Shown: in pieces, positions 33,766 to 43,236 of the stretch
How the letters are laid out: every line of letters starts with the position of its first letter
Position numbering within the stretch: position 1 is the first letter of the stretch
NCBI GenBank assembly: GCA_963708905.1
Contig: CAVPUV010000068.1
Coordinates: 3,580-67,579 of the forward strand
DNA: 64,000 nt
From: an uncultured Gammaproteobacteria bacterium
GTDB lineage: Bacteria; Pseudomonadota; Gammaproteobacteria; Xanthomonadales; SZUA-36
Direction: 5' to 3'
Notes under the pieces: model-generated
What the model saw: the letters and a program-made list of their open reading frames with translations, nothing else
Told to the model about the DNA's origin: nothing
The model's database searches: none
Position numbers and translations under genes: made by a program

Positions 33766-34820
33766 ACTTCTTCGAGTTCCGCCTGGTATTCTTGATACAA
33801 GCTATAGTTGTGCTTGATCGCCTCCGAGCCTTCACCCTGCTGGATCATCGCCGTGCGTAACTGCTCCTTGACCCAGCTGTGTTCCGCCCAGTTGCCGCCG
33901 CCGGTTTTTACCACTTCCATTTCGGCGTTGTTGGCGCCCAGACCGCTGCCGATGCCTGAATAGACGCGAGCCACATCGGTGACCGAGGCCTGCTCCTTGT
34001 TCTGCACTTCCTCGCCGAGCTTGTTCATTTTGTCGGCGTACTGCTGCTGCAAGGCGGCGGTCTTTGTCAGTACCTTGATCAAGTCTTCAACCTGGTCATC
34101 GTCGAGCATGCCGTTGCCGGGCGCGTCATAGGTATCGGCCCGGGCAGCTTCCATCAGCCTGCTTTGCCGTTCCATTTCACCGAACATGCCGGAACCCGTC
34201 TGGCTGGTGTTGGAGCCGCCGAAGTCTCGCATGCTCGCGCCGCGCGACATCATGCCCCCTCCGAGTAAGGTGGCCAGGATCATGTTGGCCACGAACAGGG
34301 CGATGATACTGACGACGAAGTGCAGCGTCCGTTTCTCATCTGGCACCGCCAGCGCCAGTGGCAGGATCTGGTACAGGAAGACCAGTGATGTTACCCCGCC
34401 GGCCAGCATGATCAGCAAACCGACGCTGGGCACCAGCGCTGCGATGACACCCGCGACCATCGCTGGGATCGAAGTCAGTGAAATCGCCGCGAAAGCGCGG
34501 TCAAAGTTGCGCTGGCCGCCGAAATTGCCGGCCAGGAAGCTGAATATATATGCACCCAGAGCCAGCCCGAGCGCCGCCATTACCAGCCCGATGATCAGCG
34601 CAACAAGGAAATTGGAACCATAACCGTATGAATAAAAGCCCCCGGTCAAGCGGGAAAAGATCAGCGACAACACGATATTGCCCACCACCAGCGGCCCGGT
34701 CAGCACCGTGGCCGTGCTCAGCCACGGCGGATTGCCCGCCAGATAGGTCTGCCAGGTGGCCGTATGATCGAGCAGCCCGCCCTTGATCAGCTTAAGTGTT
34801 TGTTGATAATCAAATTTCAT
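33759..34820 (-). CDS. hypothetical membrane protein: Yip1-like multi-pass N-domain + about 150-aa soluble helical C-domain
   Basis: Start ATG 34820 (MKFDYQQ) with RBS GAGGAG 7 nt upstream. About five hydrophobic helices, then a Gly/Ser linker and an acidic, coiled-coil-like tail. The family call is tentative. Confidence 0.5.
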   Translation of the reverse strand: MKFDYQQTLKLIKGGLLDHTATWQTYLAGNPPWLSTATVLTGPLVVGNIVLSLIFSRLTGGFYSYGYGSNFLVALIIGLVMAALGLALGAYIFSFLAGNFGGQRNFDRAFAAISLTSIPAMVAGVIAALVPSVGLLIMLAGGVTSLVFLYQILPLALAVPDEKRTLHFVVSIIALFVANMILATLLGGGMMSRGASMRDFGGSNTSQTGSGMFGEMERQSRLMEAARADTYDAPGNGMLDDDQVEDLIKVLTKTAALQQQYADKMNKLGEEVQNKEQASVTDVARVYSGIGSGLGANNAEMEVVKTGGGNWAEHSWVKEQLRTAMIQQGEGSEAIKHNYSLYQEYQAELEEVL

Positions 34821-34898
34821 TGCCGCGCTCCTCACAGTGTGGATCCGGGCGCGACCAGCGATGGCAAGAGTTTGCTTGGGAATCCTTGATGGGCGCTG

Positions 34899-34935
34899 AA
34901 AAACCCGGACCCCATGACTTTAGGTCAGAGTCGGG
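34899..34935 (-). terminator. candidate intrinsic terminator after korB
   Basis: On the minus strand: CCCGAC...GTCCGGG stem (one bulge, loop about 15 nt) followed by TTTTT, about 25 nt after the korB stop. Confidence 0.4.
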
Positions 34936-34959
34936 AAATATTCAATAAAAAACGTCCGT

Positions 34960-36015
34960 CTAGCGCATCTGGCTTTGCAGCTTTTCCAGCGCTGCGCGGC
35001 CGGGATTGAGCTCTTCGAAGGTAAATGCTTTCAGCGGCTTGCTGGCGGTACCTGCAATGGCGTGCATTTCGGGCCATTGTTCGTCGATGAACAGCAGGCC
35101 GGTGGGGATTTCTCCCTGGTCACGATGCTTTTCCAGGTAGCGCAGTGCGACACTGCGCCGGGTGGGGTCGTATTTGGGATCAGTTTTCTTCAGCACGACG
35201 GTGGCACCGTCGTGCATTTTCACGCTGACCGTTTCGCCCTCGGCATAGTGCGCGGTGATTTCGCGGGCGGGCGGCACAAAGTCGGTCGCAATGGCCTGGT
35301 GCTTGTGTTCCCTGGTATAAGCGTAGCTCTTGGTCGAACCGACATGATCATTGAACGTAACGCAGGGCGAGATCACATCGAGCAGAGCGCAGCCTTTGTG
35401 CGCAATACCCGCCTTGATCAGGGATACCAGTTGCTCGCGATCGCCGGAAAAGCTGCGGGCGACAAAACTGGCCCCCATCGAGATGGCGGCGGCGACCGGA
35501 TTGATGCTCTGCATCTGGTTGACTTCGCCCTTCTTGGCCGTACTGCCGGGATCAGCCGAGGCAGAGAATTGTCCCTTGGTCAGGCCATATACACCGTTGT
35601 TCTCGATCAGATAGAGCATGTTGAGGTTGCGCCGGATGGCATGGCCAAACTGACCAAAGCCGATGGACAGCGAATCGCCGTCACCGGAAACGCCAATGCA
35701 GATCAGGTCGCGATTGCCGGCGTGGGCGCCAGTGGCAACCGAAGGCATGCGGCCATGCACCGAATTGAAACCATGAGCGCCGTGGACGAAGTAGGCCGGG
35801 GTTTTGGATGAGCAACCGATGCCCGACAGCTTGATCAGCTTTTCCGGGGCGATGGACATTTCCCACAATGCCTGCACCAGTGCCGCTGTGATCGAATCGT
35901 GACCGCAGCCGGCACAAAGCGTGGACAGGCTGCCTTCGTAATCCCGCTGCAGCAAACCCAGCGCGTTGCGTTTCTGGCCGGGAAGATCGATTTTCGGTTT
36001 AGCCAGGTAGGTCAT
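34960..36015 (-). CDS. korB: 2-oxoglutarate:ferredoxin oxidoreductase beta subunit (KorB type)
   Basis: 351 aa. CAGCGHD cluster motif and TPP motif GDGDSLSIG...ENNGVYGLTKGQ. The ATG overlaps the korA stop by 4 nt. Confidence 0.85.
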   Translation of the reverse strand: MTYLAKPKIDLPGQKRNALGLLQRDYEGSLSTLCAGCGHDSITAALVQALWEMSIAPEKLIKLSGIGCSSKTPAYFVHGAHGFNSVHGRMPSVATGAHAGNRDLICIGVSGDGDSLSIGFGQFGHAIRRNLNMLYLIENNGVYGLTKGQFSASADPGSTAKKGEVNQMQSINPVAAAISMGASFVARSFSGDREQLVSLIKAGIAHKGCALLDVISPCVTFNDHVGSTKSYAYTREHKHQAIATDFVPPAREITAHYAEGETVSVKMHDGATVVLKKTDPKYDPTRRSVALRYLEKHRDQGEIPTGLLFIDEQWPEMHAIAGTASKPLKAFTFEELNPGRAALEKLQSQMR

Positions 36016-37829
36016 GCGGCGGCCTCGGATTGCAGAAATTGATTGACACCGTTGACCACGCAGTCGCTGGAAATCGGCAGACCGTTGTAGTGCAGAATAG
36101 ACTGCAGCTTGTCGGCCACTTTTTTGATTTCCAGCATCAGCAGGGACTTCATCTGTGCATCGCGATTCTGTTCCACCACGAACACGGTGTCATGCTGTTG
36201 CAGAAAAGCCAACACTTCGGCACCAAAGGGAAAGGCCCGCAGCCGCAGGTAGTTGGCATGTACACCCTGCCTGGCCAGCCGGTCGCGCGCTTCGATCACG
36301 GCGCCATCGGAACTGCCAAAGGCTACAATACCGAGGCGGGTGGGCATGGCCGCAGAGGTGACCACGGCCGGCAATACCAGCTTCTTTGCCGTTTCCCACT
36401 TGACCAGCAGACGTTCCATCACGTCCTGGTATTCCATCGAATCTTCGGTATAGCCGCCCTGGCTGTTGTGCCCCGAGCCGCGCACGAAGTACGCGCCCTT
36501 GGGATCTTCGCCCGGCAGCGTGCGGTAAGTGATGCCATCGCCGTCGACATCCTTGTAGCGAACGAAGCGCGCTATCTGCGCCAGTTCCGCCGGGCCCAGC
36601 ACTTTGCCCCGATCCGGCCGGTAACTGTCATCCCACTGCAGCTGCGGGATCATCCAGTCGTTCATGCCGATATCGAGATCTGACAGCATGAACACCGGGG
36701 TCTGCAAGCGGTCGGCCAGGTCGAAAGCCTTGACCGACATTTCGAAGCACTCCGCCGGGTTTGCCGGCAACAAAATGGGGTGGCGTGTATCGCCATGCGA
36801 AGCATAGGCGCACAGCATCAGGTCGCATTGCTGCGTACGGGTCGGCATACCGGTCGATGGGCCGACCCGCTGCACGTCGATGAAGACCGAAGGAATCTCC
36901 GCGTAATAGGCAAAACCGATGAATTCGCTCATCAGCGAAATGCCGGGCCCCGAGGTAGGCGTAAATGCGCGCGCTCCGACCCAGTTGGCGCCTAAAACCA
37001 TGCCGGCGGCGGCCAGTTCGTCTTCGGCCTGCACGATGCAAAACCGCTTCTCGCCTGTTTCCGGGTCGGTGCGGAACCGGTCGCAGAATTTCTTGAAACT
37101 ATCCATCACTGAGGTCGAAGGCGTAATCGGATACCAGGCGCCCACGGTGGCACCGGCATAAACGCAGCCCAGACCGGTGGCCGCATTGCCATCCAACAAG
37201 ATATGACCGGCATTGTCGCCCATTTTTTCTGCATGTACCGGCAAGGGGCAGGTGAACTGGGTCAGCGCATGGTTATAGCCCAGCATGATGGCCTGCAAAT
37301 TACTTTCCACCAGCCGGGGCTTAGCCGCGAAGGTCTCCTCCAGCAGCTCGCGCAGGACCGCCAAATCGATATCCAGCAGGGCCGCCAGCACGCCCACGTA
37401 GGCAACGTTTTTCATCAAAATACGCTGGCGCGCCACGCTGAATTGCTCATTGCACAATTGCGACAGCGGCACCCCGAGAATGGTGATGTCGTCACGCATC
37501 ATCGTGCGTTCACGCGGCCAGGTGGAATCATAGACCAGGAAACCACCAGGACTGACTTCGGCGAGGTCTTTGTGGTAGGTCTGGGCATTCATCGCCACCA
37601 TGATGTCCACGCGCCCGGCGCGCGACATGTAGCCGTCACGGCTGGCGCGAATTTCATACCAGGTTGGCAAGCCCTGAATGTTCGATGGAAACATGTTCTT
37701 GCCGGTGACCGGGATGCCCATACGAAACAGGGCTTTCATCACCAGGGCGTTGGCGCTGGCTGAGCCCGTTCCATTCACCGTGGCGATTTTCAGGACAAAG
37801 TCGTTTATCCGGCTTTGCGTTGCTGGCAT
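36012..37829 (-). CDS. korA: 2-oxoglutarate:ferredoxin oxidoreductase alpha subunit (KorA type)
   Basis: 605 aa. N-terminal gamma-like domain (IATVNGTGSASAN) fused to an alpha domain (AGATVGAWYPITPST, QAEDELAAAG). Confidence 0.85.
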   Translation of the reverse strand: MPATQSRINDFVLKIATVNGTGSASANALVMKALFRMGIPVTGKNMFPSNIQGLPTWYEIRASRDGYMSRAGRVDIMVAMNAQTYHKDLAEVSPGGFLVYDSTWPRERTMMRDDITILGVPLSQLCNEQFSVARQRILMKNVAYVGVLAALLDIDLAVLRELLEETFAAKPRLVESNLQAIMLGYNHALTQFTCPLPVHAEKMGDNAGHILLDGNAATGLGCVYAGATVGAWYPITPSTSVMDSFKKFCDRFRTDPETGEKRFCIVQAEDELAAAGMVLGANWVGARAFTPTSGPGISLMSEFIGFAYYAEIPSVFIDVQRVGPSTGMPTRTQQCDLMLCAYASHGDTRHPILLPANPAECFEMSVKAFDLADRLQTPVFMLSDLDIGMNDWMIPQLQWDDSYRPDRGKVLGPAELAQIARFVRYKDVDGDGITYRTLPGEDPKGAYFVRGSGHNSQGGYTEDSMEYQDVMERLLVKWETAKKLVLPAVVTSAAMPTRLGIVAFGSSDGAVIEARDRLARQGVHANYLRLRAFPFGAEVLAFLQQHDTVFVVEQNRDAQMKSLLMLEIKKVADKLQSILHYNGLPISSDCVVNGVNQFLQSEAAA

Positions 37830-39625
37830 GGGGCCTCACCACTCTTGCTGCTGCCGTTGTAATCAACGGCCTGGGGAAATTCGAGGAAGGACTTCTGCAT
37901 ATCCCAGGCCGCGGTAGGGCAGCGCTCGGCGCACAGGCCGCAATGAATGCAGAAATTTTCATCCTTGACCATGACGCGGCCGGTTTGTTTCAGCGCGTCA
38001 GAAACGAACAGCGGCTGATCCGGCTCCAGCACGGGGGCCTTCAGCCGCACCACCAGTTCCTCTTCCTCGCCATCCGGCGTAATGGTCAGGCACTGGGTGG
38101 GACAAATATCCAGACAGGCGTCACACTCGATACACAGGGAATCGGTAAACACCGTCTGGATATCGCAATTCAGACATCTCTCCACCTCGCAGGCGGCTTG
38201 CTCGGCGTCGAAACCGAGTTCAACTTCGCGGCCCAGTTCCTCGAACCGGGTCTGCAAGGAAACGTGCATCATCTTGCGCCGGGCCGCCGGATCGAAATCG
38301 TTGGAATAACTCCACTCGTGCATGCCCATCTTGCGACTGCCCAGGTTCAGGCGGGCGGGCAAGCGTTCGAGCAGCGACACGCCCTGGCAATGGAGATGGA
38401 TGGAAATAGCCGCCTGATGCCCATGCTCCACTGCCCAAATGATGTTTTTGGGGCCAAAAGCGGCATCGCCGCCAAAAAATATACCTTTGCGTGTCGATTC
38501 GAAAGTCACCTTGTCAACCAGCGGTTCTTCCCACTTGTTAAGCTCGATGCCGAGGTCACGTTCGATCCAGGGAAAGGCGTTTTCCTGGCCAATGGCCAGC
38601 ACTACGTCGTCACAGGGGATAAACGTTTCACCGGTGACTTTCTCGTCCGTGATACGTCCGTTTTCAATACGGTATTCCATCAACTCAAAAGTCATGCCTT
38701 TGAGCTTGCCATCCTCGACAACGAATTCTTTGGGCGCGTGATTGACCAGAATCTCGACGTTTTCCTCTTCCGCATCTTCGAGCTCCCAGGCGGAAGCCTT
38801 GAAGAACTGCCGTGGTTTGCGGGCCATCACCTTCACGCTCTTCGCCCCCAGACGCAGCGACGTGCGGCAGCAATCCATGGCGGTATTACCGACGCCGATA
38901 ATCAGCACGTGGTCACCAATGGATTCAATGTGCCCGAAAGCCACGGACTCCAGCCAGTCGATGCCGATGTAGATGTTCCCGGTGTCGTAGCGGCCGGGCA
39001 GGATCAGTTCCTTGCCGCGGGGCGCGCCGGTGCCGACAAAAACCGCATCGTAACCTTCTTCCAGCAAGGCTTTCATGCTTTCCACGCGGTGGTTGTACTG
39101 CACCCTCACACCCATGTTGATGATGTAGTCGATTTCTTCCTGCAAAACTTCTGCCGGCAGGCGAAACGACGGTATGTTATAGCGCATCAAGCCACCGGCT
39201 ACAGCCTGTGCTTCAAACAGGGTGCAGTCATAACCCAGCGGCATCAGGTCATTGGCCACGGTGAGGGAGGCGCAACCCGCGCCAATCAGCGCAACTTTCT
39301 TGCCATTCTTCTGTTTGGGAATGAGCGGCAGGCGCTCGCTGATGTCCTCTTTGTGGTCAGCAGCCACGCGCTTGAGGCGGCAGATTGCAACCGGTTTTTC
39401 GTCCATGCGGCCACGGCGGCAGGCCGGTTCACAGGGACGATCGCAGACCCGTCCCAGGATGCCGGGAAAGACATTGCTTTCGCGGTTGACCATGTAGGAA
39501 TCGGTGAAGCGTCCCTGGGCAATCAGGCGGATGTACTCCGGCACGTCGGTATGCGCGGGGCAGCCCCACTGGCAGTCCACGACCTTATGGTAATAATCCG
39601 GATTTGCAGTATCCGTGCGTTTCAT
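37805..39625 (-). CDS. GltD-like NAD(P)H/FAD oxidoreductase fused to a C-terminal 2x[4Fe-4S] ferredoxin domain (KorC-like partner of KorAB)
   Basis: 606 aa. N-terminal Fe-S cysteines (CQWGCPAHT, GRVCDRPCEPAC), ALIGAGCASL and IIGVGNTAMDC folds. C-terminal CIECDACLDICP and CIHCGLCAERCP. Its 3' end overlaps the korA start by 25 nt. Confidence 0.75.
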   Translation of the reverse strand: MKRTDTANPDYYHKVVDCQWGCPAHTDVPEYIRLIAQGRFTDSYMVNRESNVFPGILGRVCDRPCEPACRRGRMDEKPVAICRLKRVAADHKEDISERLPLIPKQKNGKKVALIGAGCASLTVANDLMPLGYDCTLFEAQAVAGGLMRYNIPSFRLPAEVLQEEIDYIINMGVRVQYNHRVESMKALLEEGYDAVFVGTGAPRGKELILPGRYDTGNIYIGIDWLESVAFGHIESIGDHVLIIGVGNTAMDCCRTSLRLGAKSVKVMARKPRQFFKASAWELEDAEEENVEILVNHAPKEFVVEDGKLKGMTFELMEYRIENGRITDEKVTGETFIPCDDVVLAIGQENAFPWIERDLGIELNKWEEPLVDKVTFESTRKGIFFGGDAAFGPKNIIWAVEHGHQAAISIHLHCQGVSLLERLPARLNLGSRKMGMHEWSYSNDFDPAARRKMMHVSLQTRFEELGREVELGFDAEQAACEVERCLNCDIQTVFTDSLCIECDACLDICPTQCLTITPDGEEEELVVRLKAPVLEPDQPLFVSDALKQTGRVMVKDENFCIHCGLCAERCPTAAWDMQKSFLEFPQAVDYNGSSKSGEAPCQQRKAG

Positions 39626-39749
39626 GAACCCTGTTTATCCTGCCGAAATAAACGACCTGTGAGAAAATTTGGCGCAAGGATAACGTTTTTGCAAGCGAGG
39701 TGCATTAAAATCATCGTGTCTTTCGTTCATCAACCCAAGGAGAAAAGCC

Positions 39750-40139
39750 ATGACGCCCGAACTGAAATACCTGGCAATGATCGCAACGTTTACGGCTCTG
39801 CTGTGGATTCCCTACATTCTGAATTTGCTTGGCCGCAATAAACTCAGTGACGCGGTCGGGTACCCCGACCAGCCGCTGGTGATGGCGCCCTGGGCCGAAC
39901 GTTTGAAGAAGGCCCACTACAACGCCGTCGAAAACCTGGTGGTGTTCGCTGCGCTGGTGATGGTCGCGCACGCGCTGGCAATCAGTAATGCCGCCACAAC
40001 AAGTGCAGCAGCGGCCTATTTCTGGGCGCGCATCGTGCACGCTATTGCTTATACCTTCGCCATGCCCTGGCTGCGCACGCTTGCATTCGCGGTGGCCTGG
40101 GGCGGCAGCATCTGCATAGCCTGGCAGATCCTGGGGTAA
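39750..40139 (+). CDS. MAPEG-family membrane protein
   Basis: 129 aa, four helices, RBS AAGGAG. The pattern (HYNAVENLVVFAALV, ARIVHAIAY) is typical of MAPEG. Confidence 0.7.
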   Translation: MTPELKYLAMIATFTALLWIPYILNLLGRNKLSDAVGYPDQPLVMAPWAERLKKAHYNAVENLVVFAALVMVAHALAISNAATTSAAAAYFWARIVHAIAYTFAMPWLRTLAFAVAWGGSICIAWQILG

Positions 40140-40206
40140 GGGCCGACCTGACGACCGAAATTCTGAACCTTGTATTCACCAATGGAGAACCCACACTTGA
40201 TGCTGA

Positions 40207-40316
40207 GAGCCGGGCCGGGGATTTTGTCCTGGGACACGCCGTAAATACATCCCTGTAGGCTCGGATGCGACATCCTTGTCGCATACGGTCCCAGGACAAA
40301 ATCCCCGGCCCGGCTC
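40207..40316. repeat. 110-bp element bounded by a perfect 29-bp inverted repeat
   Basis: GAGCCGGGCCGGGGATTTTGTCCTGGGAC at 40207-40235 has its exact reverse complement at 40288-40316. Inner 8-bp hairpin ATGCGACA/TGTCGCAT at 40265-40284. Confidence 0.85.
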
Positions 40317-40346
40317 GTTACTCCGCTCAAATCGGGCGGCGGTGGC

Positions 40347-41573
40347 TCAAATGATTAACCTATCCAAGGCGCTGACGAGTCGAGTCACTTCCTCCGCACT
40401 GGTGTAATGCACGAATGAAGCACGCACGGCCCCGCCGTCCCTCGCTGCGCCCAGAGCTTGCAGCAAGCGGTAAGCGTAAAAATCTCCCACCCCCACCCCC
40501 AGCTTATGCTCGGAAAGACCGGCCGCCAGCTCAGGCGAAGGAAATCCGTCAACCGTGAATGCAACCGTCGGTGCGCGTTCGGCGGCATTGCAGCGACCGA
40601 CCAGGCGGATGCGGGGGTGGCCGTCGAGGAAATCCAGCAACGGTTGCAGCAGTCTGATTTCCTGTGCTCGAAACAATTCGCGCACGGCCCTGGCTTGTTC
40701 CGGCGCAGATGCCGGCGCAGCAAAATGATGACGATACACGGCTTCGAGGTAATCGATCACTCCATTGCTGGCCGCGATCTGTGCATGATCGGGACCGGCG
40801 GGGGTGAAACGTGCGCCCGGTTTTCCGGCATTGAAGAAATGACCCTGGTTCGGCAATTCAGCATTCAGTTCTTCGCTCATGAACATCACCCCAAGGTGGG
40901 GGCCGTATACCTTGTAGAGTGAAAACAGGTAGATATCAGCGCCGAGAGAACGTATATCCGGCAGGCCGTGGGGGCAAAATGATACACCATCGACAATGGC
41001 GATCGCGCCGACCGCATGAATGCGGTCGGTGAGTTCACGCACCGGGTTGATGCTGCCGACGATGTTGGAACAATGGGTGAAGGCCACAGCCCGCGTGTGG
41101 GGCCCCAGCCAGGTATCCAGACCATCGGGATTCAGTTCCGCGGTAGCGGGGTCGACTTTCCACTCGTGGATGACGATGCCGTCAGCTTCCAGGCGTCTCC
41201 AGGCGCCGATATTCGCCTCGTGATCCTGGTTGGTAACGATCACCTCGTCTCCGCGCTTGAGGTGCTGGCGCAGTGCTTGCGCAATGACATAAGTGTTTTG
41301 CGAGGTCGAAGGACCAAAATGAACCTCATCCGTGGCCACATTCAGCCAGGACGCCATACGGCTGCGGGCAGCATCCATTTCCGCACCCGCCTGCCGCGAA
41401 GCAGGAAAATTGTAGTAAGGCTGCACTTTGGTCTGGCGATAGTAGCGTTCCAGCCGTTCGATTACCGCGCCGCAGGCATAGGAACCTCCGGCATTTTCAA
41501 AAAACCCGAATCCTTGCAGCGAGGGCTCACTGAAGGCCGGAAACTGGGTGCGGATGAAGTCGGTGTCTAACAA
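40347..41573 (-). CDS. class V aminotransferase / cysteine-desulfurase-like PLP enzyme
   Basis: 408 aa. PLP-lysine region LFSLYKVYGPHLG. The TTG start overlaps the gabD stop by 7 nt. Confidence 0.75.
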   Translation of the reverse strand: MLDTDFIRTQFPAFSEPSLQGFGFFENAGGSYACGAVIERLERYYRQTKVQPYYNFPASRQAGAEMDAARSRMASWLNVATDEVHFGPSTSQNTYVIAQALRQHLKRGDEVIVTNQDHEANIGAWRRLEADGIVIHEWKVDPATAELNPDGLDTWLGPHTRAVAFTHCSNIVGSINPVRELTDRIHAVGAIAIVDGVSFCPHGLPDIRSLGADIYLFSLYKVYGPHLGVMFMSEELNAELPNQGHFFNAGKPGARFTPAGPDHAQIAASNGVIDYLEAVYRHHFAAPASAPEQARAVRELFRAQEIRLLQPLLDFLDGHPRIRLVGRCNAAERAPTVAFTVDGFPSPELAAGLSEHKLGVGVGDFYAYRLLQALGAARDGGAVRASFVHYTSAEEVTRLVSALDRLII

Positions 41574-43051
41574 CCCAGGCCCGCCATGGTCAGGTACTTG
41601 ATCTCGATGTATTCATCAATACCGTACTTCGAGCCCTCGCGGCCTGTGCCTGACTCTTTCACCCCGCCAAACGGCGCCACCTCGTTGGAAAGGATGCCGT
41701 CATTGATGCACACCATGCCGTACTCCAGTTCCTCGGCGACACGCCACACCCGGCCCAGGTCGCGGGCATAAAAGTAGGATGCGAGGCCATAATCGGTGGC
41801 ATTGGCCAAGCGGATGGCTTCCTGTTCGGTCTCGAAGCGGAAGATCGGAGCCACAGGGCCAAAGATTTCTTCGGTCGCAAAAGCCATCTCCGCGGTCACG
41901 TCCTTGACTACCGTGGGCTGGAAAAACAGGCCGCCCAGTGCATGACGCGATCCGCCCTCGATAACCACGGCGCCTTTTTGCACTGCATCGTCCAGCAGCG
42001 CTTCGACTTTTTCCACCGCGCCCGGTGATATCAAGGGGCCGATGTTGACCCCTGCTTGCTCACCCCGGCCGATTTTGAGCCGGCCGACTGCGGCGGTGAA
42101 TTTCTCCACGAATTCCTTGTACACACCTGCCTGCACATAGATGCGGTTGGCGCACACACAGGTCTGACCGGCATTGCGGTACTTGGATATTATCGCGCCC
42201 TTCACGGCCGCATCCACGTCCGCATCGTCAAACACGATAAAGGGCGCATTGCCGCCCAGTTCCATCGAAACTTTTTTCACCGTGCTGGCACATTGACGGA
42301 GCAGCAATTTGCCAATCCCGGTCGAGCCGGTGAAAGAGAATTTGCGCACCACGGCACTCTCGGTCATTTCCTTGCCGACAGCGGCTGAATGCGTGGTGGT
42401 GACGACATTGAACACCCCCGGAGGTATGCCCGCCTGGTGGGCCAGTTCAGCCAGCGCCAACGCGGACAAGGGTGTTTCGGAAGCTGGTTTGATCACGATT
42501 GGACACCCCGCGGCCAGCGCCGGTGCCGCCTTGCGCGTAATCATCGCATTGGGGAAATTCCATGGTGTAATGGCCGCCACCACACCCACTGACTGCTTGA
42601 TGACAACAATGCGCCGGTCTGGCAGGGGACTGGGGATCACGTCGCCATAAATACGTTTACCTTCTTCTGCGAACCATTCGATAAACGAAGCTCCGTACAC
42701 GACTTCGCCGGTCGATTCCGCCAACGGCTTGCCCTGCTCGGCCGTCATCAAAGCGGCCAGGTCATCTTTGTTCGTCAGGATCAGTTCATACCAGCGGCGC
42801 AAAATGGTGGCGCGTTCCCTGGCCGTGCGCTGGCGCCACGCCGGCCAGGCAGCAGCGGCCGCCTCGATGGCCTGACGGGTTTCGGCCACACCCAGCTGGG
42901 CGACATTGGCCAGCAGGCCGCCATCGGCCGGGTTGGTTACTTCGAAAGTGTCGCCATTGCGTGCGGAAACCCATTCACCATTGATGTAAGCCTGCTCACG
43001 CAGCAGGTCGGGATTCTTGAGTTGCAAAACAGCTTTAATTTTGTCCAGCAT
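41567..43051 (-). CDS. gabD: succinate-semialdehyde dehydrogenase
   Basis: Start ATG 43051 (MLDKIKAV..). Near-collinear with E. coli GabD as remembered (AITPWNFPNAMITRK, FTGSTGIGK, ELGGNAPFIVFDDAD, GQTCVCANR). Confidence 0.9.
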   Translation of the reverse strand: MLDKIKAVLQLKNPDLLREQAYINGEWVSARNGDTFEVTNPADGGLLANVAQLGVAETRQAIEAAAAAWPAWRQRTARERATILRRWYELILTNKDDLAALMTAEQGKPLAESTGEVVYGASFIEWFAEEGKRIYGDVIPSPLPDRRIVVIKQSVGVVAAITPWNFPNAMITRKAAPALAAGCPIVIKPASETPLSALALAELAHQAGIPPGVFNVVTTTHSAAVGKEMTESAVVRKFSFTGSTGIGKLLLRQCASTVKKVSMELGGNAPFIVFDDADVDAAVKGAIISKYRNAGQTCVCANRIYVQAGVYKEFVEKFTAAVGRLKIGRGEQAGVNIGPLISPGAVEKVEALLDDAVQKGAVVIEGGSRHALGGLFFQPTVVKDVTAEMAFATEEIFGPVAPIFRFETEQEAIRLANATDYGLASYFYARDLGRVWRVAEELEYGMVCINDGILSNEVAPFGGVKESGTGREGSKYGIDEYIEIKYLTMAGLGC

Positions 43052-43236
43052 GGCGAGATCCTGTACTTGTGTGTCGTCAATAGGCAGAAAATGAATTCTA
43101 CCAAAATACCACGCCCGGGAGAGGCCAGCATTGAACAAGCTGGCGAAATGGCAGATGGCGGCCTGTCTGACTTGATCCGGCAGGCTGCTAGAATAGGCTT
43201 TGGCGGCCACAATCCCCGCCATGCGAGAAGCCACAG

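Noticed and set aside
34904-34935. GACCCC ... GGTCAGAGTC resembling abutted termini of the 85-bp repeat family
   Set aside because: The match covers only 9-10 nt, and the rest of the arms are absent. The segment is better explained as a stem + U5 terminator after korB.
39670-39693. sigma-54-like TGGCGC ... TTGCA upstream of the MAPEG gene
   Set aside because: The GG and GC dinucleotides are 20 nt apart (the alternative GG gives 13), not the required 12, so this is not a -24/-12 promoter.
37820-39841. 673-aa ORF on the + strand
   Set aside because: It is entirely antisense to the GltD-like/ferredoxin gene, whose translation has clear Fe-S and dinucleotide motifs. The antisense product is low-complexity and Ala/Gly/Arg/His-rich, which is typical of shadow ORFs in high-GC DNA.
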